From an uncultured Candidatus Saccharibacteria bacterium (GTDB lineage Bacteria > Patescibacteriota > Doudnabacteria > UBA920): DNA of 64,000 nucleotides. The position numbers were made by a program, and so were the translations under genes. Positions 1 through 9,709 of the stretch are shown here, in pieces. Position 1 is the first letter of the stretch; every line of letters begins with the position of its first letter. The stretch covers positions 68,838 through 132,837 of the forward strand of contig CAZQMO010000001.1 in NCBI GenBank assembly GCA_964594755.1. Direction: 5' to 3'. The notes below the pieces were generated by a model that did not search any database, had not been told where the DNA came from, and saw only the letters and a program-made list of their open reading frames with translations.

Positions 1-623
1 GCTTTGGCGCTCCAATATTGCTGCTGTGATTCGTGATAATCTAAATGATCATTTGTGACCATAAGACAAACACCAATGGCTGGACTCTGTTTTAAAAACT
101 CGAGTTGAAAACTGGATAATTCAAATACAACTAAATCGCGACTTGTCACTTTTTGTAATACATCAAAAGCGCTCTGCAAACCAATGTTTCCTGTCAAGTA
201 ATTATTGAAACCAGCCGCTGTTAGGATTTCAGAGATTAACTTAGAAGTGGTTCCTTTCCCCTTTGTTCCTGTAATGCCAATTATTTTGGCTGGGCAATGT
301 TCAAAAAACCAGGCTGTTTGGCTGGTTAATCTAATGTCGTGGCTAGTTATGTTTTGAACAATGTCTTTCGGTAGCAGTACACCAGGGCTTTTGAACCAAA
401 TATGGCAATCCAGTGCTTGCGATAAATAGTCGTCACCACTAACATACCTAGCCTTGGTTTGTGCTAATAAATCTCGTGCCGATTGTTGTAAATCATTCAA
501 ATCAAGTTTATCAAAGACAGTAACTTCTACTTGATTTGTTGCTAAGTACTTTAAAATTGATTGCCCTTCTTTCCCAAAACCAATTATGGCCGTATTAGTA
601 TTTTTTAAGTCAGCGATGTTCAT
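1..623 (-). CDS. murD: UDP-N-acetylmuramoylalanine--D-glutamate ligase MurD, N-terminal part (gene runs off window start)
   Basis: Reverse-strand translation from ATG 623..621 gives MNIADLKNTNTAIIGFGKEGQS... with the Mur-ligase P-loop GITGTKGKGTT. There is no stop before coordinate 1. The ATG overlaps the TGA stop of the upstream gene (ATGA). Confidence 0.85.
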   Translation of the reverse strand, partial: MNIADLKNTNTAIIGFGKEGQSILKYLATNQVEVTVFDKLDLNDLQQSARDLLAQTKARYVSGDDYLSQALDCHIWFKSPGVLLPKDIVQNITSHDIRLTSQTAWFFEHCPAKIIGITGTKGKGTTSKLISEILTAAGFNNYLTGNIGLQSAFDVLQKVTSRDLVVFELSSFQLEFLKQSPAIGVCLMVTNDHLDYHESQQQYWSAK

Positions 624-2183
624 GGCGATAAGAACCTTCCTGCAAGTATTCCAGTTGGCTTGGAATTTTGGACAGCAATCTGTCCTTTTACGAATACTGC
701 GTTAATTCCCAACGGGTACTGGTAAGGGTTGTTAATGGTAGCTTTGGAATTCAAGGCAGTTGGATCAAATAGGACTAAATCTGCGTCGTAACCTGTGGCA
801 ATCACCCCTTTATTTTTTAAATTAAGCACTTGGGCGGGTCGACTTGTCATTTTTGCAATTGCTTCTTCCAGGGAAATTGCTTTTGTGTCTAATACTTGTC
901 GCAAAAACTTTGCTGAACTACCAAAGCACCTTGGATGAACCAGCCTGTCACCATGCTCTAAGTTAAAACCACCGCCATTTGTACCTAGAAATGATAGTGC
1001 ATGGTTGCAAAGTACGTTTACCGTTCCTTCATCGAGACATTTATCAAAGACCAATGTTGAACTTCCGCCATGCTCAACCAGGTTTAAAATTGCTTGTTCG
1101 CTCGTTAAACTCATAGTTTTGGCTATTTCACTCAGCTTACGACCGTTTACCTTCATGCCGGCTCCAGACGAGGCCACAGTAATTTCTCCCAGGTTAGTTG
1201 GATGATTTTGTAGAGCGGAAAGAATACGCATTTTTTGATCATTATCATGCAACCTTTGTAGTAAGTGTGTCCGACCTCCTTCTAGAGACCATTTTGGTAA
1301 ATAAGTATACAAGGGTTGCCAAGTTTCAGTGTAAGGGTAACAATCAAAATAAATCTTTGCTCCCCTGTGCCAAGCAGTTTCGATTGAATCTAGTAATTGC
1401 GTAAGGAGGTGCCAGTAAGCTTTATGGCGAATCTTTAAATGGGAAATTTTAATCTTTGCCCCAGTTTGTTCAGCTAATGAAGCCAACTCTTTCGCGCTTT
1501 CGATTACAAGCTCAGATTCATTGCGTAAGGCAATAGCTAATAATTTATCGTGTTTGGCGCAGAGCTTTGCTAAAGCAACTAATTCTACATCAGTGACATT
1601 TATTTCATGTGAGTATTGTAAGCCTACCGACACTCCAAAGGCACCTTCATTAAAACTCTGTTCCAATAAACTTAGCAGACTTTCTAGCTCGGCTTGAGTT
1701 GGTGGATTAGTGCTATCCCCTAATAATCCTCGACGAATGGTTGAATAACCAACTAAGCTAGCGATGTTGGAACCAAATTGCATACTATCTAATTGAGTGT
1801 GATACTCCCCAAAACTACGCCAATTAACATTGAGTCCTGAGGTGGGTTGCCATTTTTGCACAGAGCGCAGGCTATCTTCTGAAATTAATGGAGCTAGGCT
1901 TGCCCCAGAGTTCCCTACTAATAGAGTTGTAAAACCCTGAACTAATACGCTGTCTAAGTTAGGATTAGAAAATAATTGCCAATAAGAGTCGCTGTGGTTT
2001 TGGGTATCTATAAATCCAGGGGCTAAAACCTGGCCAGCTGCATTAATGGTCTGTTTAGCTCCACTCGAGATGTTTTTTTGAACAGCGACAATCTTTTCAC
2101 CTTCAATAGCCACATCTGCTGTGAAAGTTTTTTCTCCAGTACCATCAGCGATTAAAGAATTTTTAATCAGTAATTGATACATT
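620..2183 (-). CDS. Amidohydrolase-superfamily protein (N-acyl-D-amino-acid deacylase-like); likely start at the internal Met MYQLLIKNSLIADG
   Basis: 550-aa ORF whose conserved N-terminus (LIKNxLIADGTG, APGFIDxxxH, GxTTxxxGN) matches the D-aminoacylase family. Its ATG overlaps the mraY stop (TAATG). The HxH motif reads QNH and the GNCG Cys reads GNSG (see findings). Confidence 0.7.
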
Positions 2184-3222
2184 AGCGGTTCAAAAAGAAA
2201 ATGATGATTGACATGATTCCTGAGATGGCAGATAAGATCCAGAATCGCATGGTAATTTTTGCCTCTGGCCAACCACTGGCTTCTAAGTGGTGATGGATAG
2301 GCGCGGATAAAAAGAATTTTCGTTTAAACACATGTCGCCAAAAGATTTGAATAAAATAACTTAAAGCTTCAATTACAAAAATTAATCCAATTAATGGTAA
2401 TAAGTATACGCTGTTAGTTAGGAACGCTACTATCGCCAGTAAGACTCCTAAACCCATTGATCCCGTATCTCCCATAAAGAACCTGGCCGGATACACATTG
2501 AACCATAGGAAGGCTAGTAAGGCTCCAGAGACGACACCCAGCATTACTGCTAAATCTTCACGGCCCTGCATAAATGCGATTACCATGTAACACAAGAACG
2601 CTAAGAGTAAAACCCCACCAGCTAAACCGTCTAGGCCATCGGTTTGATTGACTGCAAAACTCGTTCCTACTGCAACAAGCAAGAAAAATGGAATGAACCA
2701 CCACCCTAGAGTAATGTCACCATAGAAAGGAATCTGAACAAAATCAAAACCCAATTTAAAATAGAACCACCAGGCTCCGATCATGGCTACGGCTGTATAG
2801 AGTAAAACTTTAAATCGGAATCTAAACCCTCTACCTTTGTGTCCAAGTCGGCGAATATCCAAATAATCGTCCATTAAGCCAACAGTTGCAGCCCCAACTA
2901 AAGCTCCTAATGGGAGTAAAGTTTCTTTTCGCGTTAAGAAATTAAAAATATGAAACTGCTCCAGTCCCAAGAGTCGATCCAGTGACCAAAAAACTACAGC
3001 TAATACTACAGTTGTACCCCAGACAATGACTCCTCCCATAGTTGGAGTACCAGCTTTGGCATGGTGCATATTGGTGTAGAGTGGAGTAGTACCATCATTA
3101 CGGATTTGTTTGCCAAGTCGGTATTTGTAAAGAAACTTTGTAACTAGTGGTGTAATTGCTATGGCAAACAGAAAACTTACCATAGTTAAGCTAAAAATTT
3201 TGATGAGTGATTCAGTTATCAT
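2182..3222 (-). CDS. mraY: Phospho-N-acetylmuramoyl-pentapeptide transferase MraY
   Basis: Polytopic membrane protein with MraY motifs NQTDGLDGLA, MGDTGS and PIHHHLE. Confidence 0.93.
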   Translation of the reverse strand: MITESLIKIFSLTMVSFLFAIAITPLVTKFLYKYRLGKQIRNDGTTPLYTNMHHAKAGTPTMGGVIVWGTTVVLAVVFWSLDRLLGLEQFHIFNFLTRKETLLPLGALVGAATVGLMDDYLDIRRLGHKGRGFRFRFKVLLYTAVAMIGAWWFYFKLGFDFVQIPFYGDITLGWWFIPFFLLVAVGTSFAVNQTDGLDGLAGGVLLLAFLCYMVIAFMQGREDLAVMLGVVSGALLAFLWFNVYPARFFMGDTGSMGLGVLLAIVAFLTNSVYLLPLIGLIFVIEALSYFIQIFWRHVFKRKFFLSAPIHHHLEASGWPEAKITMRFWILSAISGIMSIIIFFLNR

Positions 3223-3276
3223 TGCTATTATTATACCATATTTAAAGCGACCCTGAGAGGTCGCTTTGTGTATGTC

Positions 3277-4185
3277 TTAACGGTTCAGAAACTGCTTTCG
3301 TAACTCTAGGGTGTCACCTTCTCGGTCTGGGCTACCAATAACCACAAGTAGTTTTCTGCCACGTTCTGTGTCTAAAAAGTTAATCATCGCACCTAGTGCT
3401 AAATTGGTATACCCAGTTTTTACTGCTCGCAGATCTGGATATTGATTGGCTAGTCTGTTAGTCGCTGAAATAGCGTATTGATTTCCTAATTCACTGACAA
3501 ATCTATATTCAGTAGCTTTTTCTGAATCAGTAAACATACCTCGTTCGTCTAACTTATGTACTAAAATAGAAAGGTCTCTAGCTGAAGAATAATTCACTAC
3601 GCTATCAAAGCCCATGGGATTACTAAATCGAGAATTCTTCATACCAAGTTCTATCGCCTCTTGGTTCATAAGTTCACCAAATGGTAATTCCACTTTTTTT
3701 GCCACGAACCCTCCTAGCACACTAGCAGCATCGTTAGCCGAGCCAATTAGCACAGCACTAACTAGATCTTTTACCCTGATTTTATCACCGGGTTGTAATC
3801 CTAGAACCGGACTCACATTCACAATGTCCCCTGCTTCAACGGTTACCACTTCCGCTGATTGAGAGTGCTCGAGCGCGGTCCATACCGTCATCAACTTGGT
3901 TAGGCTGGCGACAGGTAAGGAATTATCAATCTGCTTCCCCGCAATGATCTGATTTTGCTCATAGTCCAGAACCAGGTAACTAGCTGCTTTAATTCCAGTA
4001 GTATTCTCATTAGACAGCTCATAACTAACTAAGTTGTCTAATTCTGCTTGCTCTCTATCGGTTGCACCTAAAATTTTAATCTGGTTTGTTGGAGCAAAGG
4101 CAGGATCGCTTAACAAAACACTGCCAATCATAGGCAGGAGCAATCCTGCTATGACTGCACTTGATCGGCTGAAATGTTTGTTCAT
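3277..4185 (-). CDS. dacA: D-alanyl-D-alanine carboxypeptidase (S11, PBP5/6-like), secreted
   Basis: N-terminal signal/TM segment plus the SxxK (SLTKLMT), SxN (SAND) and KTG (KTGYT) motifs. Confidence 0.85.
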   Translation of the reverse strand: MNKHFSRSSAVIAGLLLPMIGSVLLSDPAFAPTNQIKILGATDREQAELDNLVSYELSNENTTGIKAASYLVLDYEQNQIIAGKQIDNSLPVASLTKLMTVWTALEHSQSAEVVTVEAGDIVNVSPVLGLQPGDKIRVKDLVSAVLIGSANDAASVLGGFVAKKVELPFGELMNQEAIELGMKNSRFSNPMGFDSVVNYSSARDLSILVHKLDERGMFTDSEKATEYRFVSELGNQYAISATNRLANQYPDLRAVKTGYTNLALGAMINFLDTERGRKLLVVIGSPDREGDTLELRKQFLNR

Positions 4186-4236
4186 AGATATATTTTAAAG
4201 GTATCCTGGTAATCAAGCAATACAAGCGGTCTGCGT

Positions 4237-4265
4237 TGACACTCTGATATCCCTACGATAGTATT
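4237..4265 (+). promoter_or_regulatory. sigma-70 promoter for trxA (TTGACA -17- TAGTAT)
   Basis: ttgaca at 4237-4242, a 17-nt spacer, then tagtat, about 25 nt upstream of the trxA ATG. Confidence 0.55.
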
Positions 4266-4289
4266 AATAAGTAATTAATAAACAATATA

Positions 4290-4610
4290 ATGAGTGAAGT
4301 AAAGATTACCAAAGATACTTTTGAAGAAAAGGTACTCAAATCAAATATTCCCGTATTGGTCGATTTTTGGGCTGAATGGTGCGGTCCTTGTAAGGTCATT
4401 GGCCCGATTCTTAGTGAATTAGCCACAGAAAATGATGGTAAGATTACAGTTGCTAAAATCAATGTAGATGAGGAGCCAGAATTGACTCAGCAGTACGGTA
4501 TCTTGAGTATACCAACCATGAAATTTTTCAAAAATGGTCAGATTGTAGGTGAAATTGTAGGAGCAGCTCCTAAGTCAGCCATAGAAACTGAAATAGCTAA
4601 ACACATCTAA
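4290..4610 (+). CDS. trxA: Thioredoxin
   Basis: 106 aa with the WCGPC active site and a thioredoxin fold. Confidence 0.93.
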   Translation: MSEVKITKDTFEEKVLKSNIPVLVDFWAEWCGPCKVIGPILSELATENDGKITVAKINVDEEPELTQQYGILSIPTMKFFKNGQIVGEIVGAAPKSAIETEIAKHI

Positions 4611-4616
4611 ATTAAG

Positions 4617-4646
4617 ACACCCTCATGATAGAGGGTGTTTTTTTAG
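4617..4646 (+). terminator. Rho-independent terminator after trxA (also terminates the convergent - strand operon)
   Basis: Hairpin acaccctc-atgatag-gagggtgt followed by TTTTTTT. Confidence 0.8.
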
Positions 4647-6415
4647 ATTTGATAGGTTTGCCCTGGCTCCAAAGAGTCTGTAGATTTAGATTCAGAAGTT
4701 TTCTTTGACGAATGCGATGTCTCGTCAGCAGCTTTCCTTTCTGGGGGGTTTGGGCTGAAGACATTTTCAATAGCACTTGTTAAAGTCTCTGCCAAGGCAG
4801 TGTTTTTCTTTTCTTGAATCTTTTGCGCAGACTGCCAAACTTGATTACTTTTAGCTTGGTTTTTACTTGGCTTAGCTACTGATTTTTGCTTGGTTGGGTT
4901 TTTGTGTGCTGTTTTGTCTTTAGGGTTGGAGTCTACGGTGGTTCGCTTGGCCCGTTCTAACAACTCGGACGAAATTTGTATAGCCGGAATATCTGTTTGT
5001 ACAGACTTAGTTTTGGAACTGTCTTTTACTAGTGGCGTAGACGCTGTAACCTTTTCTGTAGCTTCGGCTGCCTCTGATTGAGACTGTTCATTACTATGTG
5101 ATTCTGCAGTCGCGCCATGAAAATCAGTTCCCATCCAGCGCTGGATTTTATCTTCTACTTGCTCCCGAGGCTTAGCATAGCGTTCCCTTGATACTTTAAT
5201 AACTTTATCAGCGTCTCCGACACGCCAATCCTCATTTACTGGCATAGTCACAGCAGTAAACGGATCACTGGCAATACCATTAATCATCAGTTTTAGAATT
5301 ATATGGTATTTAGGAAGGTTTACGATGTCTGTTGGAGTGAAAATTGGATCGAATTCGGTTTCTAAATATTCCGCATCTGCTGCACCAACTCTAAAGACAA
5401 CCATGGTGCCCACATTACCAAATACAGCATCACGGACCTTTGGATTATTATCTGGGGTTAATTGCCCGATATATTGATGTCCTACAGTTAAATTTAATCG
5501 GTACTTCCGTGCTTCCGAAAGAATGGTTGCGAAACTGTCAGTTACAAAATTTTGGAACTCATCTACATATAGGTAAAAGTCTTTTCGTTCATTTTCTGGA
5601 ATATCTACACGAGAGAGAGCAGCTAATTGTAGTTTGGTGACTATCATAGCACCAAGTAATGCTGAGTTATCTTCTCCTACTTTACCCTTTGATAAATCAA
5701 GCAATAAGATCTTATTGTTATCCATAATGTCACGCAAATCTATAGTTGATTTTGGTTGGCCTACAATATTTCGGATCACAGCTGATGATAAAAATTGCCC
5801 GACTTTGTTTTGAATAGGAGCCACTGCTTCAGTTCGGTATTTTTCGGCGTAATTGGCAAATTCTTCAACCCAGAAAGCTTTTACCATTGGGTCCTTAATA
5901 TTATCAACAATTTTCTTGCGGTATTTTTTATCAACGTACATTCTGACAATACCAAGCATAGTGTTGCCTGGACTATCCAACAGCGCCAGAATCGTGTTGT
6001 TAAGGATATACTCCATACGACTCGACCACATACTAGCCCAAATTTTTGTAAACACACCCATTAATCCAGAAGCAACCAAATGTTTATAACGGCTCTCTAC
6101 AGATTCTAAGATATTAAATGCTATCGGATGATCTAGATCTGATGGATCAAAATATACCACATCATTTACCCGGCTTGGGGGAATAAAATCCAAAATTTTA
6201 CGAGTGGAGTCACCATGAGGGTCAATAAAACAGACACCATTACCATTTCGGATATCTTGAATAACCATGTTTTCCATCATGGTAGTTTTCCCCATACCCG
6301 TCTTACCAATCACATACATATGACGGCGACGGTCATCAGGTTTGATCCCAAAAGGAACTTGTTGGTTCCGAAAATTGGTTTTAGCAAAAAAATTGATTGT
6401 TTCTTTTTCGGTCAT
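4643..6415 (-). CDS. Type IV secretion/conjugation-family P-loop ATPase (VirB4/VirD4-TraG-like) with a long low-complexity K/S/T/Q-rich C-terminal tail
   Basis: Walker A RRRHMYVIGKTGMGKT near the N-terminus and Walker B YLYVDEFQNF. The overall pattern matches the TraD/TraG/VirB4 family. There are no TM segments, and the last ~150 aa are disordered and Lys-rich. The start overlaps the upstream ORF stop (ATGA). Confidence 0.7.
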   Translation of the reverse strand: MTEKETINFFAKTNFRNQQVPFGIKPDDRRRHMYVIGKTGMGKTTMMENMVIQDIRNGNGVCFIDPHGDSTRKILDFIPPSRVNDVVYFDPSDLDHPIAFNILESVESRYKHLVASGLMGVFTKIWASMWSSRMEYILNNTILALLDSPGNTMLGIVRMYVDKKYRKKIVDNIKDPMVKAFWVEEFANYAEKYRTEAVAPIQNKVGQFLSSAVIRNIVGQPKSTIDLRDIMDNNKILLLDLSKGKVGEDNSALLGAMIVTKLQLAALSRVDIPENERKDFYLYVDEFQNFVTDSFATILSEARKYRLNLTVGHQYIGQLTPDNNPKVRDAVFGNVGTMVVFRVGAADAEYLETEFDPIFTPTDIVNLPKYHIILKLMINGIASDPFTAVTMPVNEDWRVGDADKVIKVSRERYAKPREQVEDKIQRWMGTDFHGATAESHSNEQSQSEAAEATEKVTASTPLVKDSSKTKSVQTDIPAIQISSELLERAKRTTVDSNPKDKTAHKNPTKQKSVAKPSKNQAKSNQVWQSAQKIQEKKNTALAETLTSAIENVFSPNPPERKAADETSHSSKKTSESKSTDSLEPGQTYQI

Positions 6416-7596
6416 TCAATAGGGAGATTAGCTGGAGGTGAAATCTTCTTGGAGTCCAATGCTTCAACTGGTTGACTAATGCCGGAAATAGTAATTGGGA
6501 AATGTAATATGGTAGCAATTTCCTCGGTGTTAAGGACATAAGTCTTTTCTCCGATCCAATTACTGCGATTCTTATAACCTTTAAATAAGGCAGCTTTACG
6601 TTTTTTTACCCACCAATCTATGTAGGCTGATTCCAAAGTTTTTGAAATTCGATAGTCTTTTTTTGGCCCGAACGCAGGTTTAAAACCATTACTAGATGGT
6701 GCACTAAAAATCTTAAAAGGACTCAAGATTAATTTTTTGTGATCAGAGTTAAACTTCTCTGCAGTTCCGATATGAAGTAGGCGAATTTTTGCTTTATAAC
6801 CCGGACGTGATAATTTGGTCTTGATAGCAGTTATATCAGCTTTTTCAACTTCGTCTAACTGAATCATATCACGTTCACCTTTGATTTTTTCTACTTCTTC
6901 ATCAGCATCATCATGCCAAGAATCGTCCATTACAGGTTCCAGAATATACTGCAAACCATAAAACTCTTGATCACTTATCTTGGTGAAGGTTTCTAATAAC
7001 GGTGACAGTGGGTCTACAACAATATTGCTTAGTTCAGGTGCGGTTAAGCCTTCAAATTCTCGATAGGTTCGAATTGGGAATGACTGATTTTTAACCAATA
7101 CAAATTCGGCGCCGAATAAATCATAACGGGAATCATCAGGAGAATAATCAAAGTTTTCCAAATAGTCTTGGACTTCTGTGATTTCTAAGCTTGGATAATT
7201 AGCATAAAGTGCAGCCTCAACTAAATCGCGTTGTTTAGTGGGGACTCTGACTAGGTAAGAAATTTTTCCGCCCAAACTAATTATTTCAAATGAGATACGA
7301 AATACTAATTTGCCTTCAAGGTATTTTTCCTGGAAAGTAAAATTATCGAATAATTGGTGTAACTGAATAAAGACCTGTTCTGCCTGATAAAAAGTGGTTG
7401 GATTTTCTTTCGGTGGCTTAAGTTCAAGTAACGTGTAGTCAATACTACCTAAATACTGACCTTGTATCTCTTCTAAGTAAAGTCGATATAGGATCCAAAT
7501 TGCGAGCAAAACAAAAACGATCCACCCACCGTGACTTATTATAAACCAAGCTGCGCTTAAACTTTGTGATATGTCCGGGAATAGACCGTTTTCCAT
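6412..7596 (-). CDS. Membrane-anchored protein (single N-terminal TM helix), translationally coupled to the T4SS-like ATPase; possibly the N-domain partner of a split VirB4-like protein
   Basis: 394 aa with an N-terminal hydrophobic helix (WFIISHGGWIVFVLLAIWILYRL) and an acidic central region. It has a 4-nt overlap with the downstream ATPase. Confidence 0.55.
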   Translation of the reverse strand: MENGLFPDISQSLSAAWFIISHGGWIVFVLLAIWILYRLYLEEIQGQYLGSIDYTLLELKPPKENPTTFYQAEQVFIQLHQLFDNFTFQEKYLEGKLVFRISFEIISLGGKISYLVRVPTKQRDLVEAALYANYPSLEITEVQDYLENFDYSPDDSRYDLFGAEFVLVKNQSFPIRTYREFEGLTAPELSNIVVDPLSPLLETFTKISDQEFYGLQYILEPVMDDSWHDDADEEVEKIKGERDMIQLDEVEKADITAIKTKLSRPGYKAKIRLLHIGTAEKFNSDHKKLILSPFKIFSAPSSNGFKPAFGPKKDYRISKTLESAYIDWWVKKRKAALFKGYKNRSNWIGEKTYVLNTEEIATILHFPITISGISQPVEALDSKKISPPANLPIE

Positions 7597-7630
7597 ATTA
7601 GAGCTAGTGTTTGTTTAATACTTTTTTGAT

Positions 7631-8719
7631 TTACTTTACAATGTCGTAAAGATTTTTTCCGACCTTACGGAACAATTTCTTATTTGATAATCCAACTAAG
7701 ACGGTATTCTTCTTTACCAGGCGCTTATCGAGTACCCGTTTAATGATTTCGTCCCTAGATAATGGCTGACCTTCTTCTTTGATTACTTCAGAGATAATAT
7801 CGGACACCACGCCTGGTTTATAACCCCATTCAGTCAGAGCATAAATACCACGGCCGACGAGTACAAAACGCTTATCTTTGATTAACTTGTTATGAACTGT
7901 TTCTTTATAAGCTTTACGGCTATCAATGTTGTTTTGATTAATCAGGTCAGTAATGACTGAGTAATGCTCTGGTTTGCCATGATGTTTCATCACCAAGTAG
8001 GCTTTATCCCCCACATCCTTAGGTTTGATCTCATTCCAGTGAGATAGACCATATTCTCCAAAGGGATTTTTCCGAATCGTTTCAGCAGTGTGTAAATAAT
8101 TCAATACCACTTTTGGAGTAAGCCGGGTTTCATTTTGCTTATAGAAATCAGATTGCTGGAAAGCTTCCAAAAATTCGTCTGCAGAAATTGGTTTCCCGTG
8201 ATTATCGAGTAGATCTTTGGTCGCTGCAATAAATTCATGCAGGAAATCGCGTTCGAAACCAATCTTGGCCCATGATTGAAGAATGTGCTCATCGGAGCCA
8301 TGCTCTTCTAGTTCAGAAATTAACTTGAGGAGGAATTTGAGAGCTTGGATGTCAGCAGGATCAGTGTAACCTAAGTAATTAGTCAAAGCTTCCTCAGACA
8401 TAATCCCACCATGTTCGGAAATAGTATTAATCAGTAAATCGCGAGCTGAGATAAAGTCTTGCAACTCAACAACGCCACGTTTGAGATTTTTTAAGAGTTC
8501 TTTTTCGATTTGTCGAACACGCTCACGGGTCAAACCTTGCTCTTCACCAACAGCTTTTAAGGTAGATACTTCATGCTCACCTAAGCCATAGCGTTTAGAA
8601 AGAATAACTTTTTCACGTTCTTTCAACGGTTCTAGAATTCGATCAATAATAATATTGAGTTCGAACTGTTGCAACGACTCTTTCTGATGTGAATCAATAA
8701 TTGTGTCCAAAATTCCCAT
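7631..8719 (-). CDS. DNA-binding protein with a sigma-70 region-4-like HTH (N-terminal) and a HARE-HTH-like C-terminal motif
   Basis: LSKRYGL...GLTRERVRQIEKELLKNL is a typical sigma-70 r4 HTH. The C-terminal VLVGRGIYALTEWGY matches the GRGxYxLxEW signature of HARE-HTH/Mrr_N-like domains. It is the first gene of an operon with the two downstream genes. Confidence 0.5.
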   Translation of the reverse strand: MGILDTIIDSHQKESLQQFELNIIIDRILEPLKEREKVILSKRYGLGEHEVSTLKAVGEEQGLTRERVRQIEKELLKNLKRGVVELQDFISARDLLINTISEHGGIMSEEALTNYLGYTDPADIQALKFLLKLISELEEHGSDEHILQSWAKIGFERDFLHEFIAATKDLLDNHGKPISADEFLEAFQQSDFYKQNETRLTPKVVLNYLHTAETIRKNPFGEYGLSHWNEIKPKDVGDKAYLVMKHHGKPEHYSVITDLINQNNIDSRKAYKETVHNKLIKDKRFVLVGRGIYALTEWGYKPGVVSDIISEVIKEEGQPLSRDEIIKRVLDKRLVKKNTVLVGLSNKKLFRKVGKNLYDIVK

Positions 8720-8737
8720 AAACGTATAATTTCCCCA

Positions 8738-8766
8738 ATTATAACATATATCTTTTTATTGGTCAA
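8738..8766 (-). promoter_or_regulatory. Consensus sigma-70 promoter (TTGACC -17- TATAAT) driving the HTH / membrane / ATPase operon
   Basis: On the - strand: ttgacc, spacer aataaaaagatatatgt (17 nt), then tataat, about 12 nt upstream of the ATG at 8719. Confidence 0.65.
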
Positions 8767-8790
8767 CCTATAGTAATCAGTATAATAAAG

Positions 8791-8820
8791 AAAACCCCTC
8801 ATAAGTAAGGGGTTTTCTAG
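8791..8820 (-). terminator. Rho-independent terminator after secF
   Basis: On the - strand: aaacccct-tacttatg-aggggttt followed by a T-rich run. Confidence 0.7.
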
Positions 8821-9708
8821 TTATTTTTTCATTTTACGTAGTTGCCAGTAATTTAATATTGGGCTCGCAACGAAGATTGATGAGTAGGTTCCTGCGATAA
8901 TTCCGATAAACAGTGCTAGAACAAAGTACCTAATAGTCTCTCCTCCGAAGAGTAACAGAGCCAGTAAGACCAACAATACGGTTAAACTGGTGTTCAATGA
9001 TCTAACTAAGGTCTGAGATACACTGTGATTGATCACAAATTCCATAGTCTGTCCGGCATAGATGCGTAGGTTCTCTCGAATACGGTCAAACACGATGATT
9101 GTATCATGCACAGAAAAGCCTAGAACAGTCAGCATGGCCGTAACGAACATGGTATCTATTTCAACTCCGCCAAATTTACCTAAAATCGCAAAGACACCTA
9201 GAACAATAATTAAGTCATGAAGCAAAGCAATTACTGCAGCGATACCGAATTGCCAACTTGAAACTGGTCTTGTTACCCGGCGGAACGCATAGGCAATATA
9301 AAGAATTATTCCTACAGAGATTAACAATAATTGATAGAGAGCTTGTCTTGTGAGCTGTTCTCCAACAACTGGTCCAATCGATTCAAAACGTCGTTCTTCA
9401 AAATTACCTAGATTGGTCCGCAAAGCTTCTAAGTACTTGTCATTTTCAGATTTGTCGGTTACTTCACTGCGGATAATAATGCCGTTGTCATCAGTAGATT
9501 GAACTTGGGCATTGCTCAGACCATTTTGAGATAAAGTGTCGCGAACCTGACTTGGGCTGACTGGTTGTTCAAAGGAGATTTCGGTTACGGTACCACCTTT
9601 AAAATCGATTCCTAATCGCAGACCAAAGATTGCTAGAGATAAGATTCCTAAACCAGTGAGAACTATCGAGAGTACAAAAAAATGTTTGTAATATTTTAAG
9701 AGTTTCAT
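8821..9708 (-). CDS. secF: Protein-export membrane protein SecF
   Basis: 295 aa, six TM segments, N-terminal LGIDFKGGT motif. Confidence 0.92.
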   Translation of the reverse strand: MKLLKYYKHFFVLSIVLTGLGILSLAIFGLRLGIDFKGGTVTEISFEQPVSPSQVRDTLSQNGLSNAQVQSTDDNGIIIRSEVTDKSENDKYLEALRTNLGNFEERRFESIGPVVGEQLTRQALYQLLLISVGIILYIAYAFRRVTRPVSSWQFGIAAVIALLHDLIIVLGVFAILGKFGGVEIDTMFVTAMLTVLGFSVHDTIIVFDRIRENLRIYAGQTMEFVINHSVSQTLVRSLNTSLTVLLVLLALLLFGGETIRYFVLALFIGIIAGTYSSIFVASPILNYWQLRKMKK

Positions 9709-9709
9709 A

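Noticed and set aside
4412-7596. Frameshifted single VirB4-like pseudogene spanning 4643..7596
   Set aside because: The junction is a clean ATGA overlap with a Met start for the ATPase and no in-frame continuity. This looks like two genuine coupled genes rather than a disrupted one, though a natural split cannot be excluded.
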